Positions 59,929 through 64,000 of a stretch of DNA of 64,000 bases are shown here, piece by piece. Both the position numbers and the translations under genes were made by a program. Position 1 is the stretch's first letter; each line of letters begins with the position of its first letter. The notes below the pieces were generated by a model that had not been told where the DNA came from, did not search any database, and saw only the letters and a program-made list of their open reading frames with translations. The DNA lies in contig OZ244911.1 in NCBI GenBank assembly GCA_965221765.1, forward strand, positions 567,100-631,099. Reading direction: 5' to 3'. The stretch comes from Flavobacteriaceae bacterium (GTDB taxonomy: Bacteria > Bacteroidota > Bacteroidia > Flavobacteriales > Flavobacteriaceae).

Positions 59929-61713
59929 TTACCTCAATTGGATATGAAAAGGCAAAATCGCTTGTAGTCCGTCCTGAACCAATTGCAATTTTTCTAATTC
60001 ATCCATTAACTGATTGGTCATTGCTGTATGAATCCATGGTGCTTGAGAAGTTTTGGATTGATAGGTACCTTGTAATGCATTTAAATAACTTTCCCAGCTG
60101 CTTTCAAAGCGCGGGTATTCCGTAATCGAATACTCCGTGAGATTGGCCAATGTTGCTGCTTTTTCTATCGCTAGTGATAAATCACCATGAGCATCGATAA
60201 GTCCTTTTTCCAAGGCTTGTTTTCCAGACCAAACCCTTCCTTGAGCGATTTCTTCTACTTGGTCTAAGGTCATCCTTCTTCCCTGTGCGACGCGTTCTTT
60301 GAATATCGTATAAATTTTATCTATTTCTTTGACTTGCACTGACCGAAATCCTGGCTGAATTCCTTCAAATAGACTATAATCTAGTGCATGATCATGGGTG
60401 GTGACATGCTGAGCATTGATGCCTATGTCATCAAAAAAATCTTTAGCATTGAGAAGGCTAAAAACCACGCCGATGGAGCCTGTAATGGTTTTTGGATCTG
60501 CAATGATTTGATCAGCCCCTGTCGCCATATAATAGCCTCCTGAAGCCGCCATATCGCCCATTGAAACCACCACGGGTTTTTCTTCTTTTACATCTTCAAC
60601 ACATTGCCAAATGATTTCTGAGGCTAAGGCCGATCCGCCAGGGGAGTTAATCCGCAAGACTACCCCCTTGACCGATTTTCGATTTTTGATGTTTCTAAGC
60701 GTTTTACAGATGGACCGACTGCCGATGGTTCCTTCAAAAGCATCATCTCCAAGAAGGATGATTCCTTGAGCATAGACCACCGCAATCCGATGATCCGCAC
60801 TCATCGAACGTGTTCGATTCAGATGACTGCTCTCATTGAGGGAGACTTTTTCAATGGCATCATCTAGTTGAAGGCCTAGTTTTTCTTTAACCAAGAGATC
60901 AAAATCTTCTTTATTAACCAGCGTATCGACCAATCCCAAGGCAAGAGCTTCTTGCACAATACCCGCTTCTAGATTATGCGCTATTTGATCGATCCGATGT
61001 TCTGTTAGATTTCGAGAAGTGGCAATCTCTTCTCGAAGCCCATGCCATATATCAAACAGTAATTCACTGAGTTGAGTTCGGTTTTCTGGACTCATTTGAT
61101 TGTTCAGATAAGGCTCTCCTGCACTTTTATAACGACCATTACGAATGACTTCCATACGAATGCCATATTTATCCTGAATATCTTTATAATACAATACTTC
61201 AGCTACCAACCCTTTGAATGAAAAGATACCCATGGGATGGACTGCCAATGTATCGGCCACCGATGAAAGATAATATCCTCTTTGGGTATAAAATTCATCA
61301 TAAGCATAGATGAATTTACCACTCGATTTGAAGTCCTCTAAAGCATCTCTTATGCTTGCCACTTGGGTCCATCCTGCTTGGGGTAGTCCTGCTTTTAAGA
61401 CTATTCCTTTGATGCGATCATCATCTCGGGCTCTTTCAATAGCATCGGTTACTTTATTGAGTCCCACTTGACCAAAATCCAATCCCAATAGATCCATGAG
61501 TTCTTCTTCAATGGGTGAAGTACGATCTCGAATCATCTTGTTGAGATTTAAGTTTAAAATACTATTATCCTCAATATTTGATGTTGTATCACTAGGTGAC
61601 AACGAAACAAATGCCGAAATAGCACCCAAAACAAAGAGAAAAACAACAAAAAGCAACAAAAAAGCTGTGATAACGCCAAAAAATGAAGCAAGGAAAACCC
61701 GAAAAAAATTCAT
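59929..61713 (-). CDS. sppA: Signal peptide peptidase SppA, 67K type (tandem S49 domains)
   Basis: N-terminal TM anchor and two S49 halves. INSPGGSALASE and GDMAASGGYYMA blocks. 594 aa. Confidence 0.9.
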   Translation of the reverse strand: MNFFRVFLASFFGVITAFLLLFVVFLFVLGAISAFVSLSPSDTTSNIEDNSILNLNLNKMIRDRTSPIEEELMDLLGLDFGQVGLNKVTDAIERARDDDRIKGIVLKAGLPQAGWTQVASIRDALEDFKSSGKFIYAYDEFYTQRGYYLSSVADTLAVHPMGIFSFKGLVAEVLYYKDIQDKYGIRMEVIRNGRYKSAGEPYLNNQMSPENRTQLSELLFDIWHGLREEIATSRNLTEHRIDQIAHNLEAGIVQEALALGLVDTLVNKEDFDLLVKEKLGLQLDDAIEKVSLNESSHLNRTRSMSADHRIAVVYAQGIILLGDDAFEGTIGSRSICKTLRNIKNRKSVKGVVLRINSPGGSALASEIIWQCVEDVKEEKPVVVSMGDMAASGGYYMATGADQIIADPKTITGSIGVVFSLLNAKDFFDDIGINAQHVTTHDHALDYSLFEGIQPGFRSVQVKEIDKIYTIFKERVAQGRRMTLDQVEEIAQGRVWSGKQALEKGLIDAHGDLSLAIEKAATLANLTEYSITEYPRFESSWESYLNALQGTYQSKTSQAPWIHTAMTNQLMDELEKLQLVQDGLQAILPFHIQLR

Positions 61714-62176
61714 GAACTTATATTGGGACGCAAAAGTAAACGATATCTACCTTTCCCATGGTATCCAAACTTTGGCTTGATACACATCAAGCGGTCAAAA
61801 ACAACGAATTAATCAGTTAGTTTTCACTATGAAATCATTCTTCAAATGCTTGTTCAAAAAGCTCCAAAACATCATCTAAGACTAACTGGTGTTTTACATT
61901 TCTAGCCTGAATCTTAGCAATCTGAAGTGATTCTAATGCAAAAAGGCTCTGGTTTCATTCATTGAAACGTTTCTACTGTCATGATGTGGTGTTTTCTAAA
62001 ATGTTATGAGAGAACATAGGGTATAAAAGATCCATAATCAATAGAATAAGTAAAACAAATCGAAAAAAACGAAATATCAAACTGAATAAGAAGTAATTAC
62101 GATTCAAAGACAACTATACCGTCAAAGTCATGTAGATACACAAGAACATCCAATCTCCTTGATTTTGAAAAGTAAT

Positions 62177-62494
62177 TCAATTTTCATCATCGCCATCGTC
62201 AACTTCCTTGGTGTCTTCATTTTCCTGATTTGGATTTTTACCCCCTCTCAACTTTTTCATACGAAATTCATGTTCCTTACGTTCCCACTCGTGCTTTTCT
62301 TCATTTCTTTTCTCTTGTGCCTTTTCACGTTTGTCTTTACGATCGTCTTTGATACTTTTTATAACACTAAAAACAATTAATACAGTCAAAGAGGCTACGG
62401 GAATCACCCAATCACTAAATAAATAAGCAGACACAATCGTTATCATGCTCAATCCAATGATCTCTAAAAATCCAACATCGACTGTTCGATTCAT
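62177..62494 (-). CDS. Small N-terminally membrane-anchored protein with a K/E/D-rich tail; paralogue-like to 46405..46776
   Basis: 105 aa. Two hydrophobic segments, then KDDRKDKREKAQEKRNEEKHEWERKEHEFRMKKL and an acidic C-terminus. Confidence 0.45.
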   Translation of the reverse strand: MNRTVDVGFLEIIGLSMITIVSAYLFSDWVIPVASLTVLIVFSVIKSIKDDRKDKREKAQEKRNEEKHEWERKEHEFRMKKLRGGKNPNQENEDTKEVDDGDDEN

Positions 62495-62572
62495 ATCACG
62501 AAATTAAACTTTTTTCATTTTTAACTCATATTTTCTTATTGTTTCTTGTCATACCCATGAAATGTTTGGGAA

Positions 62573-63837
62573 TTATATACTTTCATCACCATTCTTTACC
62601 GAATGATCCTTTCCGTCCGATGGACACTTCATGGTGTTCAGCCCCTCATTCATACGAATGATGGGGTTTACAAACACTCCGTGTCCGTTTGACCTTGTCC
62701 CCATCCTCGAGGCCAATATATTTTTCGCCGCATTCATATCCGCATTCGATTCATCACCACATTGTTGACAAACAAACTTCGATGGTGTTACACGATTTCG
62801 CAGACGGGTATCCCCACAACCATGACATCGCTGAGACGTATACGCTGGCGGCACTTGATGAATGACAGCACGTTCGGATACCTGTCGTTCTAATTGATAC
62901 CATCCCGTGCCTAAGATGACGCGATTCAAACCTAATTTCGCTTTCACATTCTTGCCCGGTGAAGCGATCATACCCGATGCCGATGCGGTCATGCCTTTGG
63001 TTTTCAGGTCTTCCATGACCACCGATGTACTGCAGCGAGCGATTTGATTCGCCATCTGTTTTAAATCATTATTTCTGATGTTTTTGATTTGGAGGTGTTT
63101 TCGATTGATCGTCTACGCTATTTTTTGGTAACGAGCACTCCCTTCTTTCTTTTTGGCTTTTTGTTTTTGCCATGTTTTCATTCTTTTTTCTAATCGAGAC
63201 GTGTCGATTAATCGATAAATATGACCTCGATCATCCTATTTTGTCTCACATGACGATCAATACCCATGCCGATTTGATCTTCTGTTTGCGGTATCGCATC
63301 CACATGATAGGTGATATGGAAATACCATTTTCCTGTCGTTGATTGAGTGATCCGAGCTATTGTGGTGAGTATTGCATTTTGATAACAATTTCATGGTTGG
63401 TGATATTGGATTCATGGGATGTCTTGCCCTTTTTTAATTCTAAAATAGACCCCATCGGCTTTGAATTTGAATGGATCACCATTGATTTCAACCGGTATCG
63501 ATGGTCGATGTCTATTTTTACTTTTCCATTGGGGAAACCCTCTTTTTCCTTGAATAAAAGAAGTATAAGCCATCGATAAATCTTTCAATACCAAACGAGT
63601 GACCACTTGTGGATAATCTTTTAACCATTGAAATGAAGGGTTTTTCTTATGCTGCACATACCATCGACACCATTAAAAATAACTAAAATCAGATGGTCCT
63701 GTTTCTTGGTATGGTTGATTTAAAGATTCTAACGCTTGATTCCATACCGAACGATTCGCTCCCGCCATCGCATACAATAAACGATCACTTGGTTTCGTCG
63801 TTCGAATACGATATCGTCATGTGATCTTTGTCTTCAC
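62573..63837 (-). pseudogene. tnpB: TnpB (IS200/IS605-type OrfB, RuvC-like + zinc-ribbon) with in-frame stops and frameshifts
   Basis: The C-terminal ORF 62573..63055 has VVMEDLKTKGM (RuvC), PPAYTSQRCHGCG ... FVCQQCGDESNADMNAAKNI (zinc ribbon plus the last RuvC motif). Upstream pieces are RLEKRMKTWQKQKAKKKEGSARYQKIA*TINRK (stop codon), 63412..63657 (NPSFQWLKDYPQVVTRLVLKDLSMAY) and an N-terminal RYRIRTTKPSDRLL...RSVWNQALESL. No tnpA is visible. Confidence 0.65.
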
Positions 63838-64000
63838 TCTATAAAGATACGAATGGATTGGTTATGAAAGTATATAGTCGCTCCTTAAAAAGTTTTTTTT
63901 ACCAGTTGTCGTTCACTTGTTTTTATTATCGAAGTTCTTTGAACTGAAAATAGAGCCCCTCTGAAAAAGTAAAAAAGAACCTATTGAACTAGTGGTTTCA

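Overview
This is a low-GC chromosomal segment, roughly one third G+C by eye. It looks like a Bacteroidota/Flavobacteriia-type genome: a CarboxypepD_reg-type TonB-dependent receptor, DUF2723, a GH3+DUF2797 pair, and eukaryote-like class Ia RNR and UDP-glucose dehydrogenase. The taxon call is inference. Housekeeping genes are all long and intact: nrdB/nrdA, PiT, TBDR, uvrC, ugd, phosphoglucomutase, an MsbA-like ABC exporter, SppA, a pseudouridine synthase, a YhhQ-like transporter and a 1747-aa Big_2/S41 peptidase. Between them lie accessory patches.

(1) A ~10.5 kb island (17.8-28.3 kb) holds a Panacea/DUF4065 antitoxin with a frameshifted RelE/ParE-like toxin. Next to it is a tightly coupled five-gene operon: m5C DNA methyltransferase, GHKL (MORC-like) ATPase, Z1 SF2 helicase-like protein, PD-(D/E)XK protein and AIPR protein. 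This is the best candidate for an experimentally uncharacterised multi-component defence system. Its methylase is split exactly at a C9 homopolymer.

(2) A GC-rich, apparently foreign 5' module is fused to a native-looking BspA/DUF285 repeat gene. Its lipoprotein start codon is put out of frame by a G9 tract.

(3) A gene graveyard at 5.5-9.6 kb contains a ClpX-like paralogue and a GC-rich IS5-family element, both decayed.

(4) There are also decayed DUF6088/AbiEi-like and TnpB genes, a decayed tandem paralogue, and three small membrane-anchored K/E-rich proteins, two of them carrying 21-bp x4 tandem repeats.

G/C homopolymers of 9-10 nt are strikingly over-represented. I saw no rRNA, tRNA or CRISPR array, but I cannot run covariance models. 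All family assignments come from motif recognition by eye, not from searches.
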